The position numbers were made by a program, and so were the translations under genes. Source: Acidobacteriota bacterium (GTDB taxonomy: Bacteria; Acidobacteriota; Terriglobia; Terriglobales; Acidobacteriaceae). From it: DNA of 50,705 nt. Below are positions 7,857 through 17,569 of the stretch, piece by piece (position 1 is the first letter of the stretch; every line of letters begins with the position of its first letter). The stretch spans positions 1-50,705 of the forward strand of contig JAKAAZ010000001.1 in the NCBI GenBank assembly GCA_021802085.1, in the 5' to 3' direction. The notes under the pieces are model-generated. The model saw only the letters and a program-made list of their open reading frames with translations. It ran no database searches and was not told where the DNA came from.

Positions 7857-10370
7857 ATGCGAAGACTATGGATTGATCTGCGCTCCACCTTGCGGCAGTT
7901 GAGAAACAGTTCTGGATATACCTTCGTCGCGGTGGCGATTCTGGGGCTGGGCATTGGGGCCACGACCGCGATCTACACGCTGCTCGATCAGGCGCTCTTG
8001 CGTTCGCTGCCGGTGCGCAATCCGGATCGGCTGGTGCAGTTGAATGGATCAGGCTCATTCGATGGCTATACAAGTTCGTACGGAGGGGATGTATCAAATT
8101 ACTTCTCCTATCCCATGTATCTAAATCTGCGCGAGCAGAACAAAGTCTTCAGTGGAATGTTGGCCACGAGTCCCGCGCGCGTAGGCATCCAGTGGCACAA
8201 TCAGCCGAAAGTCGCGGATGCCGAACTTGTCTCCGGCAATTATTTCGACGTGCTCGGTGTGAGGCCTGCGTTGGGCAGATTGCTGCTGCCCTCCGACAAC
8301 CGGGTGAAGAATGGCAGCCCGGTCATCGTTTTGAGCTTCGGCTATTGGCAGCAGCGCTTTGGCGCAGATCCCCACGTTTTGAACCAGACCATCGGCGTCA
8401 ATGGTCATCCCTTCACCATCGTGGGCGTGGCCGCGCCGGGTTTTCACAGTGTGATTGGCGGCGATACGCCAGCTATCTTCGCGCCGATGATGATGAAGAC
8501 GGAAGTGGAACCGGGGAGGGATGACCTCGACGATCATCAGTCGCGCTGGCTCATTATCGTCGCCCGCTTGCAACCGGGCATGACACGCGCCAAGGCGCAG
8601 GCGGGAGTCCAGCCATTGTGGCACGCGTTACGCGCTGCGGAACTGAAAAAAATACCGAACCATTCTGCCCGCTTCCGCGTGGGATTCCTCGATAAAAGCT
8701 ATTTGACCCTGGCGGATGGAGCCCAGGGGTTCTCGCCGGACCTATCAGATATCCGCATGCCTCTGCTGATCATAATGTTCATGGCGGCGCTGGTGCTGCT
8801 GATGGCGTGCTCCAATGTCGCCAGCCTGATGCTGGTGCGGTCCGCTGGACGCGTGCGTGAAATGTCGGTGCGCTATGCGCTGGGCGCGAAGCGCAGCCAG
8901 ATTGTGCAGCAGTTGCTGCTGGAAGGTCTGCTGCTGGGACTGGCGGGAGGAGCAGTGGGCCTGTGGATGGCTCCCCGCGTGGCGATGCTGCTGGAGCGAA
9001 GAATTCTGGACCGGACTACAGGCGAATTGCCGTTCTCGACGCATCCGGATCTGCGCATTCTGGCATTTACATTGGCCTTGTCGATCGCTGTCAGTCTGTT
9101 GTTCAGTGTGGCTCCGGCGCTCCAGTTTTGGCGGCCCGACGTGACGCCGGTGCTGAAGCAGCAGGCTCCGACTGTCTCCGGCCGCACGTTGCAATTGCAG
9201 CGCGCGGCCGTAAGCGTCCAGATTGGCCTTAGCGTGCTGCTTCTGGTGGTAGCGGGTCTGTTCGTACGCACACTCTACAATCTGAAGTCCATCAACGTGG
9301 GATTTTCCACGGATCACCTCATCGAATTTCATGTGGACCCACGGATGGCAGGATATACTCCCGCGCAGGTGCCGATGCTCTACCAGCAAATGCTCGACAA
9401 GCTGGGCGGAATGCCCGGAGTTCGCGCCGTAGGAACAACGGACGATCCGGACCTCGCAGGCGATGATACCGGCGGCAACATTACGATTGCCGGCTATACG
9501 GCCACTGAAAGTGAAGACATGAACGTGGAGCATGCCAACGTCAGCCCCGGTTACTTCTCCGCGCTGGGAGTGCCGCTGCTGGCTGGCCGTGTATTCACTG
9601 ACGCAGATCGTGCAGGGGGCGCCAAGGTGGCTGTCGTGAACGAGAGCTTTGCCCGGCATTATTTTGGCAACCCAAGCAATGCCCTCGGTCATTCTTTCGG
9701 CTTCGGAGGAGGAAACACGGTAAAAACGGACATCCAGATTGTTGGCGTTGCGCAGGACACGAGGCATACAGACATCAACGCCAAAATTCTCCGCAGCGTG
9801 TTCACCCCATACACCGACGCGGGCCAGCTTGGCGGCATGGAATTCTACATCCGCACCTGGCAAGCGCCGGATGCCGCCATGGCCATGATTCGGAAATCGA
9901 TGCATGATCTTGACTCAAAGCTGGTATTGAATTCGCTGGAAACGATGGGCGATCAGGTCAATGAAGACCTTGACTCGCAACGCACCGTCGCGCTACTGGC
10001 AATCAGTTTTGGCATTCTCGCGCTGTTGATCTCTGCTGTCGGCCTGTATGGCGTGTTGTCCTATGCCACAGCGCAGCGGACGCGCGAGATTGGCTTGCGC
10101 ATTGCGCTGGGAGCCAGCCGCGCGTCCATTGCGCGCATGGTTTTGACGGATGTATTGCGGCTGGTTGCCATCAGCGTGGGTGTGGCTCTGCCGGCGGCGT
10201 GGCTGATGTCGCGCTGGGTACGAGACCAGCTGTACGGGGTCTCCGGGCATGATCCGCTGACGATGGTGGCCGTGGTTGCGGCGGTCAATGGAATCGCGCT
10301 GCTCGCAGCAATCTTGCCGATGCGGCGGGCCGTTGGAGTCGATCCCATGACGGCACTGAGATATGAATGA
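7857..10370 (+). CDS. ADOP-family permease (duplicated MacB/FtsX-like ABC transporter permease)
   Basis: 837 aa. N-terminus MRRLWIDLRSTLRQLRNSSGYTFVAVAILGLGIGATTAIYTLLD is typical of acidobacterial duplicated orphan permeases. Two periplasmic-domain + 4-TM FtsX halves. Confidence 0.85.
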   Translation: MRRLWIDLRSTLRQLRNSSGYTFVAVAILGLGIGATTAIYTLLDQALLRSLPVRNPDRLVQLNGSGSFDGYTSSYGGDVSNYFSYPMYLNLREQNKVFSGMLATSPARVGIQWHNQPKVADAELVSGNYFDVLGVRPALGRLLLPSDNRVKNGSPVIVLSFGYWQQRFGADPHVLNQTIGVNGHPFTIVGVAAPGFHSVIGGDTPAIFAPMMMKTEVEPGRDDLDDHQSRWLIIVARLQPGMTRAKAQAGVQPLWHALRAAELKKIPNHSARFRVGFLDKSYLTLADGAQGFSPDLSDIRMPLLIIMFMAALVLLMACSNVASLMLVRSAGRVREMSVRYALGAKRSQIVQQLLLEGLLLGLAGGAVGLWMAPRVAMLLERRILDRTTGELPFSTHPDLRILAFTLALSIAVSLLFSVAPALQFWRPDVTPVLKQQAPTVSGRTLQLQRAAVSVQIGLSVLLLVVAGLFVRTLYNLKSINVGFSTDHLIEFHVDPRMAGYTPAQVPMLYQQMLDKLGGMPGVRAVGTTDDPDLAGDDTGGNITIAGYTATESEDMNVEHANVSPGYFSALGVPLLAGRVFTDADRAGGAKVAVVNESFARHYFGNPSNALGHSFGFGGGNTVKTDIQIVGVAQDTRHTDINAKILRSVFTPYTDAGQLGGMEFYIRTWQAPDAAMAMIRKSMHDLDSKLVLNSLETMGDQVNEDLDSQRTVALLAISFGILALLISAVGLYGVLSYATAQRTREIGLRIALGASRASIARMVLTDVLRLVAISVGVALPAAWLMSRWVRDQLYGVSGHDPLTMVAVVAAVNGIALLAAILPMRRAVGVDPMTALRYE

Positions 10371-10400
10371 ACTGCAAGAGTCGGGTTTCGGAATGCGTCG

Positions 10401-10685
10401 CTACAGACGTTCAGGCCACTGGCGTGCCCCGTGCAGTACGGCGAGAATGTCAATTGTGTCCGCCGTAACCTGATAGGCAACGATAAAATTCGTGCCGGGA
10501 ATCACCAGTTCGCGTGTCCCGGTTCGCCGGCCAGGGCGGCCCATTTCTGAAAACAGAACCAATCGATTCACCCCATCTTCAATCCGACTGCCAATTGCAT
10601 TCGCGGCACGCGGATTCTCAACCTCGATATACAGTCTGGCTTCGCGTAATTGTCGGAGGGCCGGCGCCGTCCAGCGCACCTTCAT
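10401..10685 (-). CDS. Type II toxin, RelE/ParE family
   Basis: 94 aa. MKVRWTAPALRQLREARLYI ... ILAVLHGARQWP is typical of the ParE/RelE fold. 4-nt overlap with the upstream antitoxin. Confidence 0.85.
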   Translation of the reverse strand: MKVRWTAPALRQLREARLYIEVENPRAANAIGSRIEDGVNRLVLFSEMGRPGRRTGTRELVIPGTNFIVAYQVTADTIDILAVLHGARQWPERL

Positions 10686-10918
10686 TTACGCCACAGGGCG
10701 AATTCCGCCCGCACTTCATCTTCGGATGCAAATTCACCGGCCTCCGCGGCTCGGATGCCGAGATCGATTTGTCGTGTATGCCGTTGCTGCGCTTCGAGAT
10801 AATTTTCCAGGGCCTCGTCGATCAATTGGGTGCGGTCGCGGCGTTGCCGTTTTGCCAGCGCATCCAGTTGCTTGAGCCTTTTTTGATCGGTACGGAAACT
10901 TACGCTGACTTTTTCCAT
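10682..10918 (-). CDS. Type II antitoxin, ribbon-helix-helix (CopG/ParD-like)
   Basis: MEKVSVSFRTDQKRLKQLDALAKRQRRDRTQLIDEALENYL is an RHH motif. The ORF track starts at 10936, but the ATG at 10918 is more likely. Confidence 0.8.
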   Translation of the reverse strand: MEKVSVSFRTDQKRLKQLDALAKRQRRDRTQLIDEALENYLEAQQRHTRQIDLGIRAAEAGEFASEDEVRAEFALWRK

Positions 10919-10922
10919 ATAT

Positions 10923-10952
10923 GCATTGTAATACATTGTCTTGCATTGTCTT
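10923..10952 (-). promoter_or_regulatory. Three 10-bp-phased direct repeats (candidate antitoxin operator overlapping a -10-like TACAAT)
   Basis: CATTGT at 10924, 10934 and 10944 (units GCATTGTAAT / ACATTGTCTT / GCATTGTCTT), immediately 5' of the RHH antitoxin start. Confidence 0.4.
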
Positions 10953-11054
10953 CCCGTGGAGACTTAGGAAACGCAACCCACATCCCTACGTGTAGTGCCT
11001 GCTCGATAACGAAGATTGCGTCCTTAGCTTCAGGGCCATACAATTCTGTCTGAC

Positions 11055-11561
11055 GTGAATACTGTCCGCGCCATCTATCCCGGCACCTTCGATCCGCTTA
11101 CGAATGGTCATCTCGACCTGATAGCCCGGGGTTCGAAAATCTTCGACCACCTGGTGGTGGCCATCCTCAAGAACTCCGACAAGCAGCCCCTGTTTTCGGT
11201 GCAGGAGCGGGTGGACATGATCAAGGAAACGACGCGCGAGTTTGACAATGTATCCGTCAGCACATTCGATGGCTTATTGGTGGAGTTTGCCCGCCTGCAA
11301 CATGCGCAGGCATTGCTGCGCGGCATTCGGGCCATCAGCGACTACGAGTATGAGCTGCAAATGGCGCTGATGAATCGCCGCCTGGCGCCGGAGCTGGAAA
11401 CCGTCTTTATGATGCCGGCGGAACAGTACTCCTATCTGAGTTCCCGCCTGATCCGGGGAGTATTTCGGCTGGGTGGATCGGTGGAGGGATTGGTACCCCC
11501 CACCGTGGTGGAACGGCTGCGCTCGCGCATTTCCAAGGACCCCATCGAACCGGAGAAATAG
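11055..11561 (+). CDS. coaD: Phosphopantetheine adenylyltransferase
   Basis: 168 aa, GTG start. AIYPGTFDPLTNGHLD (T/HxGH nucleotidyltransferase motif) and ISDYEYE...SSRLIR. Confidence 0.93.
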   Translation: MNTVRAIYPGTFDPLTNGHLDLIARGSKIFDHLVVAILKNSDKQPLFSVQERVDMIKETTREFDNVSVSTFDGLLVEFARLQHAQALLRGIRAISDYEYELQMALMNRRLAPELETVFMMPAEQYSYLSSRLIRGVFRLGGSVEGLVPPTVVERLRSRISKDPIEPEK

Positions 11562-11660
11562 CTTTTCCGGCGACGGTCCGGTCTCGCCGCAAAGACTCTT
11601 GCCGGATATCCGCGGAACTGAATTGCTCTGGCCCGGCATCTCTGCGAAACTAGAAGTATT

Positions 11661-12854
11661 ATGACCACGTCAGCTGCCCAGAAAATCTTCGCCGATCGCA
11701 TCAACCGCATCGAGGTTTCCGCGACCATGGCAGTGACCGCGGAGGCAGCCAAGCTGCGTGCCCAGGGTGTCAATCTGGTGGACTATGGAGCGGGCGAACC
11801 GCATTTTGCCACGCCACGCCATATTAAAGACGCCGCGATCGCCGCAATTGAAGGCAACTTTACGCGCTATACGACGGTGAGCGGCATTGCTGAGCTGCGC
11901 AAGGCCATCGTCGAGCGCCACGCGGCGGATTTCGGGTCGAACTACACGCCGGAAGAGGCGATCTTCGCCACCGGCGGCAAGCTGGCGCTGTTTGAGGCGA
12001 TCAACGTGCTGGTGGACCACGGCGATGAAGTGGTGCTGCCGGTACCTTATTGGGTTTCGTTCAAGGACATCATTCAGTATGCGGGTGGCACGCCGGTGTA
12101 TCTGGAAACCGACGAGGCGGAAAACTTTCGCATCACCGCCGCCGCAATTGAGCGGGCGATTACGCCGCGCACCAAGGCCATCATTTTGAATTCGCCTTCG
12201 AATCCGTCCGGCGCGGTGATTGCTCCCCAGGACCTGGAGCAAGTGGTGCGGCTGGCGCATGCTCGCGGCATTTATCTGTTGCTGGATGAGTGCTACGCCT
12301 ACCTGCAATATACGGGCGTGCCCATTTCCGGCGGCAGCTTTACGGACTGCAAGGAGCATGTCCTGGTGCTGGGTTCCTTGTCGAAGACCTACGCGATGAC
12401 GGGTTGGCGCGCCGGTTTTGCGCTGGGGCCCAAGCCAATCATTCAGGCCATGTCGAAGCTGCAAAGCCAGAGCACGTCGTCCGCGGCAAGCTTCGTGCAG
12501 AAGGCCTGCGTGGCTGCGTTGACGGGATCGCAGCAATGCGTGGAGGAGATGCGCAAGGACTACATTTCATTGCGCGATCAGATTCTGGCCGGGCTGCGAG
12601 AGATTCCCGGCGTTCGCTGCACCGTGCCCGAGGGCGCGTTTTATGTATATCCCAACGTTTCCGCCTTCTTTGGCAAAGGGGTGAGCAGCGCGGCTGAGGT
12701 AGCCACGCGGCTGCTGCACGAGGCCAATGTGGTGACGGTGCCCGGCGAAGCCTTCGGCACTACCGAGCACATTCGTCTCTCTTATGCCGTGTCCCATGCC
12801 GATATCGACGAAGGTGTGAAACGAATGAAAGCCTTTTTCGCGAAGTTGGGCTGA
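11661..12854 (+). CDS. Pyridoxal-phosphate-dependent aminotransferase, class I (aspartate aminotransferase-like)
   Basis: 397 aa. PLP-lysine motif SLSKTYAMTGWRAG. NSPSNPSG motif. Confidence 0.9.
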   Translation: MTTSAAQKIFADRINRIEVSATMAVTAEAAKLRAQGVNLVDYGAGEPHFATPRHIKDAAIAAIEGNFTRYTTVSGIAELRKAIVERHAADFGSNYTPEEAIFATGGKLALFEAINVLVDHGDEVVLPVPYWVSFKDIIQYAGGTPVYLETDEAENFRITAAAIERAITPRTKAIILNSPSNPSGAVIAPQDLEQVVRLAHARGIYLLLDECYAYLQYTGVPISGGSFTDCKEHVLVLGSLSKTYAMTGWRAGFALGPKPIIQAMSKLQSQSTSSAASFVQKACVAALTGSQQCVEEMRKDYISLRDQILAGLREIPGVRCTVPEGAFYVYPNVSAFFGKGVSSAAEVATRLLHEANVVTVPGEAFGTTEHIRLSYAVSHADIDEGVKRMKAFFAKLG

Positions 12855-12882
12855 TTCGGTCCTGCTGTCACAAACATCCGCC

Positions 12883-13872
12883 ATGCCAAGTCTTTCGCCA
12901 TTTCGTCTGCGTCCCTGGCTCCGCCCTATGATTTGGGGCGTGCGGGACCTCTCTCCCTGGTATGACAACAAGGTTGCTGGCGATCCGATTGGAGAAGTCT
13001 GGTTGAGCGGGGATAGCAGTGTTGTCGATACAGGGCCTTTGACAGGAAAGACGCTCGCGACCGTGTTTCAGGAGCACCAGGAAGATCTGCTTGGTCCCAC
13101 GCTCCACGCGCAGGAGCGTTTTCCGTTGTTGATGAAGGTTCTTTTCCCGCAGGAAAAACTGAGTGTGCAGGTGCATCCAGGCGATGCGATGGCGCGCGAA
13201 CATGGCGAGCCTCACGGAAAAACAGAATGCTGGTACGCGCTGGATGCGAAACCCGGCGCGACGGTCGCACTGGGGCTGCATCCGGGGACCACGCTAGCGG
13301 AGGTCGAGGCGTCCATCGAGAACAACACCATGGAAGCTCTGCTCGAATCGGTTCCCATTCGCAAAGGCGAGATGATCTTTGTCGACGCAGGAACGGTCCA
13401 TGCTATTTTCCCTGGCGTGGTGGTGCTGGAGACGCAACAGAATTCCGACATGACGTATCGGCTGTACGATTACGGTCGTCCGCGCGAGCTGCACTTGAAG
13501 GATGGACTGCAAGCAATCCGGCTGCATACCGATGCAGGAACGGTAGAGCCGAAACCGGAGCCCGGCGATGACACGCAGGCCGGAAGCGTCAGGCGCGAGT
13601 TGCTGGTGCAGTCCAAGTATTTTCGCGTCGATCGCACACGGTTCGCAGAAGGAAATGTCACCGTGAAGTTTTCCCTTCCAGTGCGGCGGCAATCTCAGAC
13701 GGGCTCGGTGCAGTTGATTTTCGTTGCCGCAGGCGCTGGGGAACTCCACTCAAACGGCGAAGCGCCGATGCATCTGCGGCGAGGCGAATTGGCTGTGGTG
13801 CCCGCGTGTACCGCGGACTGGAGTATGACTTCGTCGGAGCCGATGGAAATTCTTCGAGCAGTTTCTGAATAG
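12883..13872 (+). CDS. manA: Mannose-6-phosphate isomerase, type I
   Basis: 329 aa. LSVQVHP and GKTECWY zinc-ligand motifs of class I PMI. Confidence 0.85.
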   Translation: MPSLSPFRLRPWLRPMIWGVRDLSPWYDNKVAGDPIGEVWLSGDSSVVDTGPLTGKTLATVFQEHQEDLLGPTLHAQERFPLLMKVLFPQEKLSVQVHPGDAMAREHGEPHGKTECWYALDAKPGATVALGLHPGTTLAEVEASIENNTMEALLESVPIRKGEMIFVDAGTVHAIFPGVVVLETQQNSDMTYRLYDYGRPRELHLKDGLQAIRLHTDAGTVEPKPEPGDDTQAGSVRRELLVQSKYFRVDRTRFAEGNVTVKFSLPVRRQSQTGSVQLIFVAAGAGELHSNGEAPMHLRRGELAVVPACTADWSMTSSEPMEILRAVSE

Positions 13873-13959
13873 AAAAGCAAACCTGGAGTGTTTCACTTTC
13901 GCGTGAAAGTGCCGTAAGGGCACGTTTGCTTCAGGCCGACAGCGCATGTTTCGTTTACG

Positions 13960-15087
13960 ATGAAACCTACCTTGAATCCCAATATTGATTTTCGACCCTT
14001 CATTCTTGCCGGTGGCAGCGGCACACGGTTTTGGCCGCTCAGCCGGCGCAGTTATCCAAAGCAGCTGTTGTCGCTGAATGGCGAAGGCAGCATGTTGCAG
14101 CAGACTGTGGATCGACTGCTTCCCCTGGCAACCAATGAGCGAATGTGGATACTAACCAATGAGTCGCTGCGGGCCGCGGTGGCAGCGCAGTTGCCCGATC
14201 TTCCTCCTGCGCAGGTCCTGGCCGAGCCCGTGCCCCGGAACACTGCGCCGGCGGCGGGACTGGCGGCCTTTTTGCTGGAGCGGCAAGCTCCAGAGGCGGT
14301 CCTTGGACTGTTTCCCGCCGATCACACCATCGAGAAAGCGGCAAGTTTCGAGCAGGTCCTGCGAACGGGTTGCGATTTGGCGGTGGCCGGAGACAACATC
14401 ATCGTGCTGGGAGTGAATCCAAGCCGACCAGAGACTGGTTATGGCTACATTGAGACCGGCGACAAGCTGGATGAGTTTTCGTTGCGCGTTCGCCGCTTTA
14501 CGGAGAAGCCCAATCGGCAGCGCGCGGAAGAGTTTGTGGCCTCTGGAAATTATTTTTGGAACAGCGGCATGTTTCTGGCTACGGCGCGCACCCTTGCCAA
14601 CGCGGTGCGGGAACATCTGCCGGAGACCGCGCCGTATCTGGAAGAGATTGCCGGCACGTTCGGTACAGAGCGGTTCGCATCGACCTTCGCGGAGTTGTAT
14701 CCGAAGTGCGAGAACATCAGCATCGATTACGCGATTATCGAACCCCGCTCGGCGAAAGGGGAGCACCGTTCAGGCCTCTATTGCCTACCGGCGGATTTCG
14801 GATGGAACGATCTTGGTTCGTGGGCTGCGCTGTACGAGCATAAGCTTTCCCAGGGCCAGCACGTGCAGGGCGGAGACAACGTGATGGAGGCGGCGGCGCA
14901 GAGCCTTCTGGAGTCCCACGGCAACTACGTACACGCGCCGCAAAAACATGTCGCATTGGTGGGCGTGGACAATTTGGTAGTGGTAGAAACCGGCGATGTG
15001 CTGTTGATTACAACCCACGGCGGATGCCAGGATGTTGGCAAACTGGTCAAGCAACTGCAGCAGGACAAGCAAGACAAACTGATCTGA
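13960..15087 (+). CDS. manC: Mannose-1-phosphate guanylyltransferase
   Basis: 375 aa. ILAGGSGTRFWPLSR nucleotidyltransferase signature. Sits between manA and PMM. Confidence 0.85.
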   Translation: MKPTLNPNIDFRPFILAGGSGTRFWPLSRRSYPKQLLSLNGEGSMLQQTVDRLLPLATNERMWILTNESLRAAVAAQLPDLPPAQVLAEPVPRNTAPAAGLAAFLLERQAPEAVLGLFPADHTIEKAASFEQVLRTGCDLAVAGDNIIVLGVNPSRPETGYGYIETGDKLDEFSLRVRRFTEKPNRQRAEEFVASGNYFWNSGMFLATARTLANAVREHLPETAPYLEEIAGTFGTERFASTFAELYPKCENISIDYAIIEPRSAKGEHRSGLYCLPADFGWNDLGSWAALYEHKLSQGQHVQGGDNVMEAAAQSLLESHGNYVHAPQKHVALVGVDNLVVVETGDVLLITTHGGCQDVGKLVKQLQQDKQDKLI

Positions 15088-15099
15088 TCGACCCCTCGA

Positions 15100-16566
15100 A
15101 TGGAAACTGTGACAGCCACGGATTCTCCCCGCTCCTGCCCCGTGAAATTCGGCACCGATGGCTGGCGTGGCATCATTGCGGACGACTTTACTTTCGCCAA
15201 TCTCCGCGTGGCGGCCAGCGCGATTGCGAATTATATTTTGGTGGAGGAAGATCCCAGCCACGGCGTTTGCATTGCGTACGATACCCGCTTTGGGTCGGAT
15301 CGCTTTGCCCAGACCGCGGCGGAGGTGCTGGCGTTCGCGGGCATTCCTGTGCAGCTGGCCAGCGGCATTACGCCCACGCCGGCGCTGTCCTTCGCGGTGC
15401 GCGAAAGCGGCGCTGCTGGTGGCATCATGATCACTTCCAGCCACAATCCGTATCAGTGGAATGGCGTGAAGTTCAAAGCCAGCTACGGCGGCTCCGGCAA
15501 GCCTTCCATGATGGCGGCGATCGAATCGTATCTGGGCAAGCCGCTGTCGCGGGCGGCGCAGGCCGCGGCGATCGCGCGCGTGGATTTTCTTCCGAATTAC
15601 ATTCAGGCGATTGCGCGTTTCGTCGATCTCGGGAAGATCGCGTCGAGCGGATACAAATTCGCCATCGACTCCATGTATGGAGCGGGCGCGGGCATTCTGG
15701 CGGGTATTTTTTCCCGTTGGAATATTCCATATATCGAAATTCATGGGGAACACGATCCGCTGTTTCCAGGAATCAATCCAGAACCGATTCAGCTGCATCT
15801 TCGGGCCTTACAACAGGCAGTCGCCGAACAGCATTGCCAGGCCGGATTGGCGACGGATGGGGATGCGGACCGCATCGGCGCTGTGGATGAAGATGGCAAT
15901 ATCGTGGACGCGCATAAGATCTTCGCGATTCTGCTGAGCTGGATGATTGAGCGCAAGCAGTGGCCGGGCGAGGTGGTGCGGACATTCAACACGACGCGCA
16001 TGGTGGACCGCATCTGTGCCCGGCACGGTCGAAAATTGCATGAAGTTGGCATCGGTTTCAAACATATCTGCGACCTGATGCTGCAAGGGGAGATTTTGAT
16101 TGGCGGAGAGGAATCGGGCGGGATTGGGAGCGCGCGGCATTTGCCGGAGCGGGATGGTCTGTTGAATGCACTGTTGCTGGCCAACGTGATGGCCGACGAA
16201 AACAAGACGCTGGGGCAGTTGGTTGCGAAATTGCAGCGGGAATATGGCGAGCATCACTATGACCGGATCGATCTGCACATTGACGATGAAACAAAAAACG
16301 CGGCCATCGCGCGCGCCCGGGCCGGAGTGAAGTTCTTTGCCGGAATGCCTGTGGAGCGTGTCGAGGCTGTTGATGGCATCAAATTTTTCCTACGCAATCC
16401 ACAGGCCGCAACGCTGCCGAATGCGGCGGAAAGCTGGCTGCTGCTGCGCGCCTCCGGGACGGAACCGCTGCTGCGGATTTATGCGGAATCCTGCTCTCCG
16501 GCCGCAGTCGGGCTTCTGCTGGACGCAGGCCGTGACTTTGCGCTGCAGTCAGGCGGTCCTCGATGA
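15100..16566 (+). CDS. Phosphomannomutase/phosphoglucomutase
   Basis: 488 aa. Active-site loop TSSHNP. Mg-binding ATDGDADR. Confidence 0.9.
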   Translation: METVTATDSPRSCPVKFGTDGWRGIIADDFTFANLRVAASAIANYILVEEDPSHGVCIAYDTRFGSDRFAQTAAEVLAFAGIPVQLASGITPTPALSFAVRESGAAGGIMITSSHNPYQWNGVKFKASYGGSGKPSMMAAIESYLGKPLSRAAQAAAIARVDFLPNYIQAIARFVDLGKIASSGYKFAIDSMYGAGAGILAGIFSRWNIPYIEIHGEHDPLFPGINPEPIQLHLRALQQAVAEQHCQAGLATDGDADRIGAVDEDGNIVDAHKIFAILLSWMIERKQWPGEVVRTFNTTRMVDRICARHGRKLHEVGIGFKHICDLMLQGEILIGGEESGGIGSARHLPERDGLLNALLLANVMADENKTLGQLVAKLQREYGEHHYDRIDLHIDDETKNAAIARARAGVKFFAGMPVERVEAVDGIKFFLRNPQAATLPNAAESWLLLRASGTEPLLRIYAESCSPAAVGLLLDAGRDFALQSGGPR

Positions 16567-17225
16567 GAGTGGATCTGCGGGTTCGCGGCGTGCTGTTCGA
16601 CATGGATGGCGTATTGATGAGTTCCATCGGCTCGGTAGAACGAAGCTGGCAGCGGTATGCCATCTCGCGCGGGCTCGACCCGGAGATGGCCATTCATATG
16701 GCGCACGGCCGGCGAGCCATCGAGACGGTGCGCGCCTTGCGCCCCGACCTGGACGATCAGGATGAGCTTCGAGTGATAGAAGACATGGAAGTGGAAGACA
16801 ACGAAGGCCTGGTTGTCTTGCCGGGCGTGCGGGAGTTGCTGGCTGCGTTGCCGGAAGGCTCCTGGGCTGTGGTTACTTCTGCAACTGAGCGGCTGGCGCG
16901 GAACCGCATGGCGCATGCCGGAATTCCCATTCCCAGGCATTTTGTTACTGCGGAAACGGTCACCCAGGGAAAGCCGCACCCAGAGCCGTACCGGCATGGG
17001 GCAGCGTTGCTGGGTGCCGCGCCTGGGGAATGCCTGGTGGTGGAAGATGCGCCCGCCGGAGTTGCGTCGGGAAAGGCGGCTGGCTGTCCGGTGCTGGCAG
17101 TGCTGAGTACCTACGCTCCGGAGACCCTGATGGCCGCAGACTGGCGGGTTCCCACCTTGACGGGTGTGCAGGCTACCGCGGAGCCGCCGGACCATGTCCT
17201 TTTGCGGTTCGAACCGCGTGGCTGA
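16563..17225 (+). CDS. HAD-IA family sugar phosphatase/hydrolase
   Basis: 220 aa. Motif I FDMDGVL. Motif IV VVEDAPAG. 4-nt overlap (ATGA) with the PMM gene. Confidence 0.8.
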   Translation: MRVDLRVRGVLFDMDGVLMSSIGSVERSWQRYAISRGLDPEMAIHMAHGRRAIETVRALRPDLDDQDELRVIEDMEVEDNEGLVVLPGVRELLAALPEGSWAVVTSATERLARNRMAHAGIPIPRHFVTAETVTQGKPHPEPYRHGAALLGAAPGECLVVEDAPAGVASGKAAGCPVLAVLSTYAPETLMAADWRVPTLTGVQATAEPPDHVLLRFEPRG

Positions 17226-17569
17226 CCGTCCGGATTTGGTCTCCGGAACCTGAAAAGTCCTGCCCGAAGTCGGCGCACAGACACGTTGCACCTGCCCTAT
17301 TTTTTCATCGAATGTTCTTTTTGGGTCTTCCGATGGGGAGTATGATGGATACGTCGGAAGTTCTCAATGCCCCTTGAACGTCCGTCGCAGCGAGGCGTTG
17401 AGATTATGATTTCTCGACTGCAACCCGCCATCCGAATCGGCTGCATTGCAGGCGATTCGAACATGAGATTCGAGAATGGCGTTCGCAACACACTGCAATT
17501 TTGGTCAGCCTTTTCTGCCTGCGTAACTTCCAACCAAGGAATAACCAAGGAAAGCTTCGAGGCGACCTT

